Shown in pieces: positions 23,093 through 36,000 of a stretch of DNA of 60,919 bases. The position numbers were made by a program, and so were the translations under genes. The notes under the pieces were generated by a model, which worked only from the letters and a program-made list of their open reading frames with translations, was not told the DNA's origin and did not search any database. The stretch is from Hyphochytrium catenoides (taxonomy: Eukaryota > Protista > Hyphochytriomycota): assembly GCA_900088475.1 (NCBI GenBank), contig FLMG01000427.1:1-60919 (forward strand), in the 5' to 3' direction. The stretch's first letter is position 1. Each line of letters opens with the position of its first letter.

Positions 23093-26000
23093 ATGGGAGG
23101 ATCCGAGGCTGCCTTCATTTCCACTGCTGGGACTGCCTGGAGCAGCGTCGCTTTGTTTCTCCTGGTCATCAGCCTGATGGCCATTCCCCTGCTCACTTTT
23201 CTCCTCTTCAAAAGGAGACACATCTTCCCTCTTAATTCCACTCCCCCCTTTCTTACCATCTCCACTCAGATTGGCGCCTCTTTATATATAGCTAATCTCC
23301 TGCAAACCATGGTCGCAGCGAGCCCAATGCCTTGTGGCTTGCACTTTATAGTCTCCTACTTTGGTAAGTAGTAGCGCACGTATATATTCATCGAAGTCCT
23401 CGGCCGACGACGCCCTTCTTTCTCATTCACAGTCCTTCCCTCTTCATTCCTCATTCAGTCCTCTGGTGGCCTCCTTTTTATGGCCCTAAGTAAGCACAGC
23501 TTAGGACTGAGCTTTGTTAACCTGCGCTTTGCACCTCCTTTCTTCTTCCTCTGGTGGCCCCATGCCTCTGGATTCTCACTTTGACTTCTCTTCTGCGATA
23601 GATATTTTTCCTTTCTTCACGGGGACAATGTTACAACTGTTCCGCAGCTGGTTCATCTACAACCTGCAGTGGAGCAAGTCTAAGCGCCTGAAAAGCCGTT
23701 TTACGATATATTCTGGGCTGTCCAGTGACCGATCATTAGTCTTCATGTTGGTGGGGATTGGCACCTTCTTTGCTATTCAGCCCATCGTGCAGTTAGCCAA
23801 CCACACGGATGTCCTCTCCCTTCCCATGGATGCAGAGCAAGAGAGCGGAGTGAGACCTTGCCTTACAAGAGACGCAGGAGAGGTAGGACAGTAGTAATGG
23901 TTGATGATAGCTCAACATTTGGTGCACCATTTCCTCTATCCCTGCTTCTGCTGCTGGTACCCTCCCCTCGAAGATTGCAAATAGAGAATTGATGGCTCTC
24001 TTCTTCACTTCTCCCTCCAATCTGGCAGCATCCTCTCCTCCTCCTTGTTGGTCAACATCAGCCCGCTGTCCCTTTCTTAAGGCTTCATTCTTCTTCTTGC
24101 AGGTCTTTTCCCTTTCTCTTCTTCCTGTGGCATCAGTTAGTCTTGGTTTTGCCATCGTCTCTGCATTGACTTTGCTTGACCTCACCCTCGTAACAGAAAT
24201 CTGCGGCTCACCATATCCCTAACCTTCCCTTTGCTCTACTCTTTTCTGCTTTTTTTCAAACATCATTGGCCACTGTTTCCAACCTCTTTGTCCCTCCTGC
24301 TACGCTTTACGGCTTATATTGCGGGGGACAGGCGGGCCTGGTCTCCGCCTTCTGGTGGCTTGTCATCCTGCTCAATCTCTTCTTTGCCAACCTAATGAGA
24401 AACATTGAAGATGCCTTCAACTTGAAGGAGAATTGGAAGAAGATCCTTTATTGGTTCGGCCTCGGAACACCCCTTAACGCTATGGCGACTGTTGCCGAAG
24501 GTCTCAACGGATCCGTGCGGCAAAATGCCTACGCAATGGGACAGATTGCGTACGTATGCGCTGCTCTTTCTTATCTTTGGTATGGCTGTGTGCTCCCCAT
24601 CAGAATGAGCTTTCAAAGAGAAGCAGCTGAGAGGTTAGCTGCGGAAGAAAAGAAGAGTTTGAGAGATAAGGAAGAAGAGGAAGGGCGATTGCGGGTGAGA
24701 AAAAAGCGAGCGCATAGGCGTTAGCCTTTCTGTGCAATCACTGATTTTCTCCTTCTCTACTTGTCCTTGTCTCTTCTTTCTCTGGCTGCGGTCTGCCTCG
24801 TTGTCTCCGTACTCGCTGAATCCTCTCATTCCGGTTTCTGCACTACGGCGAACTTTAATGTCTTTACCCAAGTTCCTCTAATAATGTTGTTCTCTCCGCT
24901 ACACTCTCTTGAAACCATTCGGCCGTCCTCTTATCCCGCGTCATCTTGCCATACTCTTCTGCTAAAAGTTCAGCGGCCTAGTCCTCACTTGTTATTGCTC
25001 CTTATGCCACCTTGAAGTCCTGGCTTGTCTCCCCTGCACCTCTGTAAATGAAGAAAAAGACCTCTACTAAGTTTTTTGCGGTGCATCACGTCGGGTTCAT
25101 AATGCTTAAAGTTAACGGTCGTTTCTCCTCTTCCGTCGTCGCCAGGCTGTGATGAGTACTGCAGACCTACGGGAAGCCTTAAAGGCGCCGTTTATTATGG
25201 CTCAGTTCCGTCAGTACTTGGTGCGTCTACATACCCTGCGACCTCGCCTTTGGCTTCTTTTTCGACTACTATGACGGCGAAGAAACCTTAACTTTCTTTC
25301 CGCCACGTGCTACTTTTGTGCCTCTCCACACATTTTCGTTGAATGCCTGATGGACTGGGCAACAGGTCTCGGAGTTCTGCTGTAAGTATCATGGCGTTGT
25401 GACGTACTCTTATCTTCTAGTTAGTGGCCGTAGAGAGATATTAGGATGTAGCTTGTCTGTCTCCTGCTTATTAGCCCAGTGCCGCAAGAAGTCTGGGTTA
25501 GCTGATTGTGTCGAAGATATTTTATTGCAAGGACTGGTGCTTGCTGCCAGGTGTTTGGTCAGATTCTTACCGCTTCGTCGACTCTCGCTTCTGTTACTTT
25601 TCTGGCGCTTTTTAAGGTGAAAACATCCTGTTCCTCATGGCTCTCCAGAAACTGAAAAAAGAGGATAAGGACATACTCACACGGCGCAAGCTGCTGCGAG
25701 AGATCATAGATGACTTCATTAAGCAAGGTAGGTAGAAGACTGACGCCAATACTGATTGCAGTTGGTCACAAAGTCCTCGGCCCTGTTCAGCCTTTATTCT
25801 GCTTTTCGCCATAAGCTCTGGTTCTTAGAACAGTGCCTTTGCACAACTCTCCTTACTTCAGTCTATTCCACCTTCTTCTCGTGCTCAGCTCTGAACGACG
25901 AAGTCCTCTTCTCCATAGCCATCGCTTTATATTCCCAGCTTTTCCTCTGGCCTGATACTGATTCCAATGTCTGGATGCTTCTCTGACTCTATTCTTGCTT

Positions 26001-26260
26001 TGGCGTTTCACTAACCAGGATCGCCCTTTGAGATCAACATTGAGGCAGCGCTTAGGTCCGCCATTCTCCACCGTCTAGCTGAAGAGGATGCCCCTGCCAG
26101 CGTCCTAGATGCTGCAGAAGAGGAGACGCTGAGGATGTGCATTGCGCCTTACAACAGGTTTGTTCTTAGATCTAGGAGGGGAGAGCTTTCTAGGACCGGC
26201 TCTTCTACTGCCAGACTTGGCAGCGTGGCAAGGATAACTCCACAAGTGCCAGCAAACTAG
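23093..26260 (+). CDS. 7TM-RGS protein (seven-transmembrane region fused to a C-terminal RGS domain)
   Basis: Exons give ~7 hydrophobic segments with KRRHIFPL (after TM1) and EDAFNLKENW motifs. RGS box follows: FRQYL|VSEFC|CENILFL...IIDDFIKQ|GSPFEINI...VLDAAEEETLRM...YNRF. Includes a 16-nt exon 25366-25381; stop TAG 26258-26260. Confidence 0.85.
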
Positions 26261-26939
26261 ACGCTAGTAAGGCGGATGAAGCTGTTTTAAGCAGGATCCA
26301 ATAAGTCAGACAGGAGAGTCTTTAACGGTAACGGAGTTGGTGTTAGGTGCAGGAAACGATAGGAAGCGGTCCTGGCGCTTTCGTCATCTACAAGGACCGC
26401 TGCACCGAAGCAGACAAAGGTTCAGCTCCTTCCTACTTCTCAACAAAAGTCGAAGGGGAAGATTAACCGATGATGGAGGTATATTGAGGGAAGAGATAAA
26501 AAATAGTCTTCTCCCCGACATGTTATAGAGATCTGTGCCACTCTTCTCTACCAACGATGGCTTGCCCTTCTTCTGGCTATTATGTCGTTATCTGCTTCAA
26601 GCAACTACCGTGGTCAGTCTTTAAGATGCTTCGAGTATGCACATCCTACCATTGCCACCCTGGCACATCTTAATCGTTGCTGATGCCTGCATTGGCTCTG
26701 AAGATTGAGGCATCGCGGGCAAGACTTTGATGGTGACGGAAAAAAAGAGATGGTGACAGAGAAAGCTCGTTCTTCGAGCGCAGGTTGTCCTAAGTGACCG
26801 GCATTGCTCCTTACATCCTTTCGCATCTCACTTCCTACACGATTTCAATGACAAGGGCTGCTCGGAGAAAGCTCTTCGAAGAAGAAGAAGAAAATAGGGA
26901 CCGAGGAAAGGTTCAGATAGATAGTAAACAGTCAGATAG

Positions 26940-27130
26940 AGTCAGATACAGAGACAGAGAATTGAGAAACAGAACGGCACAGGCAAGGAGCGAGAGAGAG
27001 GGGGACGGAGCGAGCGAGCGCGCGAGGGAGAGAGAGAGAAAAAGAGAGCGAGCGAGCGAGAGAGGGAGAGAAAAAGAGGGAGAAAGAGTAAGAGAGAGAG
27101 AGAGAGAGAGAGTATACAAAGAGAAAGATA
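26940..27130. repeat. (GA)n / GCGA tract
   Basis: Seen directly. Confidence 0.8.
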
Positions 27131-27686
27131 GGAATCCTGTAAAGATTCGCGGGAAGATCTTGACTCTTCATCCCACTCATTCCCGCCCAAAGTAGCCGTT
27201 ACTGGACAGCCGCCGAGGCTGTTACTTGTGTTATCTTGGAGCTTTTTGTTGTTGATGGCACGCAGCCAGCGACCTTCATTCTCCTTCATCCTCATCGATT
27301 GGCTTCTCTGCGGCAGTGTGTGCAGAGTCTCAACGCAGCTGCGTGCGCTGTTGTTGCACATAGAACTAGAGCTCCGTGGAACGATAGATCACAATCATCA
27401 CGGTTATCACCTTCTTGACCAGGGTGTTGGAGGCAGCTTTTATCACATCGTTCTCTTCGTGGTAGGAAATAGAGCTTCTGTGTGGAGATGCTTCTGCATC
27501 GCGCAGTTGACTTCTTCAATCCGCAGTTTAGCTCGTCTCATGGATCACGTCATATCCCAATCTGCCAGCAAACCCTCATAGAACTGCTGGACTCCTCTCA
27601 ACTGTCCCATCTGAACCTAACTGGCGTAGCTCGCATCGTTGCTACCTATAACTGTTGGATCCTAACCGCAAGTCGAGAGATACCCC

Positions 27687-28895
27687 ATGTCTTCCTTTAT
27701 AGTCACTGGCGCAACGGGTCGAGTGGGCCACGCTCTCGTCTCACTCCTCCGCTCCAAAGATCTGGAGACACTCTGCATTGTCCGGAACAGGGAGAAGGCC
27801 AAGGATTTAGAGGCTCTAGGCTGCCAAATAGCCCTAGCTGATCTTGAGGATGAGAATGCACTGGCTCGAGCCCTCACTTCTTTCTCTTCATCTGCCCCTC
27901 ACGTCACAGCTTCCCCATCTGCGTCCTTTGCATCTGAAAAGGAGGTCAAGGCTTCAAAGACTCTAATTCTTATCTTTCCGGAGGCATTTGACAACGAGGA
28001 CATGCTTGCATATGCAGAAACCCTCACCTACAATGTCTGTGGTGCTATAGAGAAGACATCAGACACTAACCAAATCCGTCGCATCGTCCTCCTTAGCTCC
28101 ATTGGGGCTGACTTGCCACCAGAAGTGGGAACAGGCTTTCTTGGCACCTTAGGAGTCATAGAACGGATCTTGGAAAGGGAGAAAGAGAGACTGGGCTGTG
28201 AGATGCTCTTTGTTCGCGCCGGGTACTTTATGGAAAATTGGTCTTTCTATTTGGCAGAACTTAGGGATTCCCCAACGTGCTTTGAGCTACCCACCGTCTT
28301 CAATGCAGGGAAGCAGCATGAAAAGCATGGAGCCGAGAGGCGGACTACAGGGGATAGGAAGAAGAAAGAGATGGAAGAAGCAAAGCTCAATGAGGCAGAG
28401 CGAAAGCAAGACTTGAGTCAAAGCCCACCGCCTCAAGTCCAGGACAAGGTGCCCGATGACGAAATAGATGGGAAGCGGAGAAAAATGGCTATGATTGCCG
28501 TCCGCGACCTCGCAGAGATTATAGCCGAGTGGGTGCAAAGAGAGAACCTCGAAGGAGTCAAAGTTGTGCAGGCCATCGGACCAGAAGAGTGTTCAGCAGA
28601 GGACGGAGCGAGAGTGTGCTCCGAAATACTGGAAAGAACTATCAGCGTCAGAGATATGCAGCGAGAGGACGTAGAGATGATGGGCAAGCAGCTGGGATGG
28701 AGTACGAGCTCAGTGGGGGCATTCTTGCAGACGGCCGAAGCAGTGCGAAAGGGGCTGATTAAACCTCTCGATACAGCAAAGAAGTTGGAAGTGGGAGAGG
28801 AGATAGGGGATTTGGGACAGAGGAGGAGCGAAGTGGTGACAGTTCAAGGTAGGACGGACTTGAAGGCGTTCTGCCGCCAAGCACTTATGTGGTGA
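27687..28895 (+). CDS. NmrA-like NAD(P)-binding Rossmann protein (atypical SDR), intronless
   Basis: IVTGATGRVG dinucleotide-binding motif, ADLED, IVLLSSIGA, VRAGYFMENW, MIAVRDLA, GPE..S. Confidence 0.9.
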   Translation: MSSFIVTGATGRVGHALVSLLRSKDLETLCIVRNREKAKDLEALGCQIALADLEDENALARALTSFSSSAPHVTASPSASFASEKEVKASKTLILIFPEAFDNEDMLAYAETLTYNVCGAIEKTSDTNQIRRIVLLSSIGADLPPEVGTGFLGTLGVIERILEREKERLGCEMLFVRAGYFMENWSFYLAELRDSPTCFELPTVFNAGKQHEKHGAERRTTGDRKKKEMEEAKLNEAERKQDLSQSPPPQVQDKVPDDEIDGKRRKMAMIAVRDLAEIIAEWVQRENLEGVKVVQAIGPEECSAEDGARVCSEILERTISVRDMQREDVEMMGKQLGWSTSSVGAFLQTAEAVRKGLIKPLDTAKKLEVGEEIGDLGQRRSEVVTVQGRTDLKAFCRQALMW

Positions 28896-30019
28896 ACAGG
28901 AGTTCAGGCGTCCTGTCTGCCGCACTGTGAAGAAGGAAGAATGATCTAGTGTTTTCTCGACTGAATGGCAATGTAGTCGGTAAGATCTCTGATCTATGTT
29001 ATCTCAAAAGTAGTGATAATGAACTGGTATTAGCTCACAAAGTGAGTAAGACGAGTAATGGCATTGCTGCATCGAGCAAGGTTCTGTTCTGTTCGTTTCC
29101 TTTTACACAGCGATCAGCCAAAAAGCGCTGCACCCTTTGCGTCATTATAAGACAATGGGAAGAAGAGGATAAAACAGGTGCTGGAGTAGTTTCTTTACAG
29201 TCATGGGGTGATACTTAGGTGCTAGCACGTTGGTAATGAATGCACGTGTATCCTTCGTTCTCTGGACGCCTGGTGCATTGTGTCGAAGATAGCTAGAGAG
29301 CTCCCCGTCAAATGCAATCGTAGATAATCCTGCACAAAGACGTCTCGGCAGTGCTTGCTTTGAAAGAGAGATACCGCAGGTTAGCTCTCTCCTGAGGAGA
29401 AGATGGCGGAGATGGAGGATGATTCTATGATCCTGTTATTATGTGAGCTCGCGTCAAAGCCAGAAGCAGTTCAAGCACGATAACCCTTATCTCAGGGGAA
29501 AGTTGAGGATCGCATTAAGCGCATCGGCGCGCGATGGCAGGAAGACATTCAACTCTAGGAAGCTGGGGATAGCTCTATCATCAGCGACCAAGGCTCAAAG
29601 CTGGTACTGTGACGAGATGACGGCGTCTGAAAGGATCTTCAACGTGTACAAACTTCTCAGTAGCTGTTATCAGAAATAAGCACCACGTGTATACCGTTAT
29701 TAATCAATCTTGATGTTCTTTATCCTTGATACCTACTTGCATGGTGACAAATCTTTGTATCTTATGTTTTGCCTTCTGATCTGATCCTTGAACAAACTGC
29801 AACTTAATCTCCAGGAAGGCTGTCAGGCAGCGGAAGTAGAGCTGAAGAAGGACACACTTTCGGATGTCCTTGCTACGAGTCAGACCTCAAGGCAGGCTTA
29901 CATCGTCTTGGTAGGGCTGCAGAGCCAATTGTCCTTTAGCCTGCCAGTTGTGACTGGCAAACAAAGCGGGTGAAAGTTAGTGGACAACTCTGGATAGTGA
30001 AGACTGAGCTCTGACAGCT

Positions 30020-33000
30020 ATGAGCAAGTCAGGAACGCAGCCTGACGGCAGCCACGAGGAGTCGATCCTCAGGCTGGACAGCACTGGCGGTCCTCCTCAT
30101 GAAGGGCTGCTGAAGGTTCCAAGGAACCGCCGTCTTAGAATAATCCTTCCTCCAGGCTACTTTGACATGGCAAGTAAATATTTAATGTTGCCCTTCTCCT
30201 CAGCACTCACTGGTCTTGCTTCTTGTCTGTTCATCCCTCTTCTTTTCTCGAGTACAGGGCACCGTCAGCGTGAAGACGAACGTCCCACCTAAAGGCACGC
30301 CGTTCAAGAGGACAGAATTCTTTGATGTTGCTGGCTCTGACTCTTCCTCTAAGGACGGCGAATGGATAGGCCATATCGCGTCAGATCGTGCGGGGGCATT
30401 CGAACTCTATGTTGAGGGCAGAAGGGTATTTCGTGCCGGGATGGACAATGATGTTATAGGGGACGATGAGATTGTTCGCTCCTCCTCAGTGCGTTTTATC
30501 ATTGACCCTGTTCTGGTGGTGAACGGGTGCGGTCTACCCTTGAATGGGCTTTGCATGCAGACCATGCTGACCAAGCTGTGTGGGCCGGTTTCGAGCTGGC
30601 CTGATGTCTTCCGAGAGATGGCGCCCCTAGGTAAGGCTTTAAAAATAGTATAGACAGGACACAGAGGACCGAGGAATGTGGAGAGTACGGTGCTGACCGA
30701 GGAGAGAGAGACAGAAAGGCGTCTTATAATGGCTTACTGGCCTGAGGTCTCTGATTCTCCCTCCTTCCCTTGTCCTGTCTCGCAACGCTTACATATATAT
30801 ATATAGTCAGCTCACTAGACTAGCGAATGAACGCAGCCTCTCTTACTCGCTCTTTGGCGATGGTAACCTCTCTCTGATGGATGTTCTCTCTCTTCTAATG
30901 GTGCTAGGGTACAACATGATCCACCTTCCGCCAGTGCAGGAACTAGGAGAGAGCAATAGTAGCTACTCTGTCAATGAGCAGAGGGAGATTGCCTCTTATC
31001 TCTTCCCAGAGCTCAGAAAGCCCGATTCCTCTGACGTGACAGCCATCAAGGCCTGGCAGGTTGTGAGGAGTGTCTTTTCTCTCCTTGTTAGAAGCTATCC
31101 GCTCGTGAAAAGTGAGCGTTTGAGGACGATAAGCTATCACCTTGTCGTCCGCTGCTAGGCATTCCTACCCTGCTGCTGGCCTTGCATCACTCCATTGAAC
31201 TAGGGAATACCTTGGTCTTATCTCGCTAACTGACCCTGTGCCCCCTGATACTATCACACTTCTTTCCAATGTCTGCCTTCCTCATGCCTTACTTACTGCC
31301 TCATTTAACTGCAGAAAAAGAAGTATGACGGCCTAAAGGCAGGCCTTGAAAATCTTGAAAAGAATTACGGGCTGACCTTCCTTACGGACATCGTCCTGAA
31401 TCACACTGCCCATTCCTCCCCCTGGCTCTCTGATCACCCAGAGGCGACCTACAACCTTCAGAACTCTCCTCACCTTCGTCCTGCCTTTGAACTGGACGAG
31501 CTAGTGCTGGACATCTCTGACCAAGTGGCAAGAGGAGTTAGGAAAGACCCAGGTTAGACAGAGCGATGAAGAAGAGAGGCAGAGACGGGAGGAGACAGGA
31601 TATTGAGAATTTGGCTGGTCCCCAGGTCTATGAGCCTCATGCTCCAATACGTATGGACGGCTATTATTATCCTAGTCACGACCCCGTTCCTTCGGGCAAT
31701 GCATGTCTTTCTCTCTCACATGGCTGCTGGCATCACTATAGTTCAACGTCAATCGTCTAGCTAACTTTCTCTTGTCTTCTTCTGTTACTGGTCCCTAGCC
31801 GGAAAGTCGATTAGCTCCCTCATGGATTCAGTTGAGGCCGTGGATGCTGTCATTGGCGAGCTTGAGAAAGAGGTTAGCGCTTGGTGGACTTCTCTTCTCC
31901 GCCCTAGCTAACGCGTTCTTCTATCTGTTTTCTCCTACTCTACGTGCCTTTGACGGTATTCAGATTCCAACACTGAGGCTATGGGAGTACTACATGGTGG
32001 ATGTCGAAAAGGCAGTGGCTGATCTCCGTCATGCCTTAGAGAAGAAGAGCCATTCTCTACGCGGAAGAGAGGAAGTTGTGCCTTCTCCGTACTATCATGA
32101 GATCGACGATAAGACGGGCTATCTTCTTTCTGAGGGCCTGATGGATAGTAAGGAAGGAGGAAGGTTTGCTGTTAAAGTGCAGGTCGAGGCTGCTCTTCGA
32201 GCCTTCAGTCCGCCTCCTATGAGAGGAATCAATGCAACGGTACGCCAAACCAGTAGATTTTGAGAAGCAGGACAAGGCGCACTTGCTGGTTCCTCGTCTC
32301 AGTCATTCTTCATGTTTCTTTGTTCGCTCCTCTCTACATTTTGAATAGCTTGGTTGGCCGTCTATCCTTCCCTGCGGGCATTGCGTTCCAATACTCTCGC
32401 TTGTTCTTTCGCTGCCTAGTCTGATTAGCCTGGGACGCCCCGCCCAAATATCCTCCTTAGACGATTGAAGAATCCTGCCATCGCTACCGTGACGGCTTAG
32501 GCGCCCTAAACTGGGCTCTCAGACAGCGCTATGATGAAGATATGGCTAGCGCCATCAAAAGCATGAGAGGAACAGCCCATTATGACTGGCTTAACCCTCA
32601 TAGACGGGCCGGTATGACTGGTGGCTTCTAGAGTGCTCAGCAACATTTCTCGCTCCCTATCGTTTCTCTCAAAAGTAGTTCTATGAATGAACACAACCCA
32701 GCTTCCTCCCTACACCAAGTTCCCTCTCGCTGATTGATAGTGAACATCTAGTCTCACCAGCTGCTTGAACCCGGTGTTTGGTTGGCTCTCCACCTCACTC
32801 GACCTCATCTGAATCCCAGGGAAGCTCTCGATCTCACTGGAGCACCATCGGCCAATTGTCCACTCTTACTTCACCCTGCCGTCATCGTCCAAGTCTTCCC
32901 CTACTGCCCGGAGACTGACCCGGAGGAGAAGCAGTTACCACCTGCAGTTCCAAGGCCCCACAGCCTTTGCCAACAATGGATTTATATGGAATGGTAAGAG

Positions 33001-36000
33001 GAGCTACCGGCCGCAGTGACTGAAGATGGCCGCTCAAAATTTCATGAATAAGAACATACTAGATGACTAATTCTACCAAAGTATAACCTATCTGGTTTCA
33101 CTGTTTGAGGACACGATAATTGACTGACTTTCTTCGCTAAAGCTCTATCAATGGCTTTGCTATTTCTGCTAACCACACTTACATGACTAGGCAATCCGCT
33201 CATTGACTTTGCTGCCCCTGGTCCTGCACCTGCGGCATCGTCAGCTTATTTGAGACGTGATCTCGTGATCTGGGGAGACTGCGTGAAGCTGCGTTATGGC
33301 GAGAATGAAGCTGACTCTCCCTGGCTGTGGCAGCATATGAGGGGCTACATCCAGGTACGTTTTATCTCTCTGTCTCCCCCTTCTCCTTCTGGCTACCATT
33401 GGCAACACAATGGTCTCTCTTACCATTCCCCATCCTGATGCTTGGCGCTCCTCCTTTTGCTCTGGACCTTACTACTATCGACTCCTATCTGTAAATTTGC
33501 AAGCTCTTTGTCCTTGTCTTCTCGAGTTCTTTCCTTCTCATCCTACCCCACAATAGCTGGAAGTCTTCATGCTTTTCTATCCCTCTTTTGCCGGGGAGAT
33601 TCTGCTCACTATCCCCATGGTTTGTCCTTTGTACAGGACATGGCTCGCCTCTTCCAGGGTCTTCGGATTGACAATGCTCACGGGACCCCTTTGCATGTGG
33701 CCGCTGCGATGCTGGATGCAGCTAGAGAGGTATCCACTACTACTGCTGCTGCTGTGTAAATAAAGTTTGAGTCTGCATGCATTCTTTCCTTTGAAATATG
33801 GTATATGGGGATTTGCGGCTGAGAACAGGTGACCCTATCCGTCCACCTCCTTTCGCTATTATGTACCTCGTCTTTTTTCCGGCTGTCTCTTCTCTCCTAC
33901 CATTCTTTATGCTACTGTACCATTCTTTGATCTTGAGAATAGGAATGCTGGCGAGGGGCTAAGTCAAATTTCCTCACTTTGCTGTGGGCATGCGGCTTTA
34001 TACAGGTCCGCCCAGAGTTGTACGTGGTGGCCGAGCTCTTTACAGGGTCACAGCAGTTGGATATTCGCTACTGTCACGAGTTGGGAATATCTGCACTCAT
34101 TAGAGAGGCCATGCAGGTAGGGAGAGAGCAAGGTTCCTAGTCCATTCTTTCTCGCGTACCGCTGCCTTGGCTACTAGCTGCGGCGGTCATTGGCTTCTTT
34201 ATAGCCGTATGTTCGCTCCTCCCAAAGAGGTTAACTCTTCGGGCTAGTGTAGATAGGATTGACGCTGTCACTCTCACTTCTTTTTTCTTTCTTTCTCCGA
34301 CGCTTCAAATATCCTCCTGTGTCCCTTTCTTTCTGGTTAGGCCTATGATGTGAAGACTCTTTCCCATATGATCCACATCCATAGTGGCCGACCGGTCGGT
34401 TCCTTGGTATCAGAGGAGGAGGCCAGAAGAAAGTGCTACCCATCTCCTCTCCCTGCCATCTTCTATGACTGCACACACGATAATGAAACGCCGTTTCAAA
34501 AACGAACGGTACGCACAAAGCGCTAAGGAGATGTTGAGCAAAGGTCGTGTCATAGTTTTGCGTCCCGGGGTAACCTCGAAATAGAAGAGGCCACGGAATA
34601 TTCTGCTGGGTGAAGTATGCTTGACTGCACAAACCAAACAAGCAGCGATGTCACACAGTAACCATTACGCAAGCGGAGTACTGGATTCGTTTGTAATGGT
34701 GCCTACGCTGTCTCAGCATCTGCTTCTCTTTTTATTATTCTAGGCGGCAGACGCTCTCCCCACCGCCGCCCTGGTGGCAATGACAGCAGCGGCTATCGGC
34801 TCCACGGCTGGCTTTGATATGCTTGTGCCACATTACCTCTCTGTAGTCACGGAAAAGAGACTGTACAAGTACGTTTTCTTCTTTAACGGAAACTTGGCAC
34901 TCACCCTATAGAGTGAAGTAGCCTAACACGATTCCAGGCCTGTCCAGGAACAAGAAGTAGAAAAGGCTATGCACAGAGGTATCTACAGGGCAAAGAGTGT
35001 GCTGAACAAACTCCATATCAAGCTCGCAGGTAAGTCTTCTGGAGAGGATGGGAGTGGCTGCCAATAATCTATTCACCTGTCTCCTTCCAACCTGTCAACC
35101 TTTTTGCTGTTGATACTAATAAAATCCTCCGTCTATACCCGCCTACCAGCTCTTACCTCTGTCTTTTGATCTCTACAGCGGAGGGCTATACGGAGGTGTT
35201 CTCATATCATGGGAAGGCGGACGGACAGGACGACCTCCTCACCGTAACACGCTCTCATCCCACGAACCATAAGAGTGTCGTTATGATCTGCAGGACTGCT
35301 TTTGACCGCTGGGATCCCCATCTCAGCATTCCGCAGGCAGGCTTTGCTGATTGGTCTCCTCCTTCTATTGTCCCGGTCAAAATCCAAGGCACGTGGGAAA
35401 AGATTGTGGGCACGGGATAGCTGAAAGATTCTGGGCTAGGGTAAATGGGGGAGGAAGGACGCAAGAGGGACAAAGTGGACCGTTTGTAGAGGCTAAGCAG
35501 TTCAGCAGTATGTCAATCTTTCTTATGGAGTCCTCATTAAGCGCATTATCAAGCTAGAGCAAAACTGACCTGGTCATGACAAGCAGGCCGCATTACGAAG
35601 CTGATTATTGCTGCTAGCCTACGCGTACCTCCTCAGGTAGAGAAGTCTTTGCTTCATACAGGCATCTTCGTTCCTCGAGTCATTCTCTTGTATTTGCCCC
35701 TAGAGGTATCCTGATTGCGCATTTCGCTTACGATCCACATTCGTTCTACGACCTCGCAGGAGTTCAAGGATGACCCGAAGTTCATTAACGGACTATCCAG
35801 CTCTCTTCTCTTTAGCACTACAGACTATTCCGCGCTCGCTTCTGCCAGAGAGGAAGGCGACTGCACTATCATCCACTTCAACAGCAAAGAGTTTGTCCCA
35901 GGGTCCATCCTTGCCTTTGAAGTCTCCCCCATTATGCGCAAAGCCTCCAATGCCGCTAATGGTCAAGCTGGTACCCAAGATGTTAATGGAGTGACAAGGG

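Noticed and set aside
29403-29630. Coding-looking stretch MAEMEDDS... and CACGTG motifs (~29243, ~29684) upstream of AGL
   Set aside because: Multiple stops and no recognisable homology; hexamer occurrences are compatible with chance.
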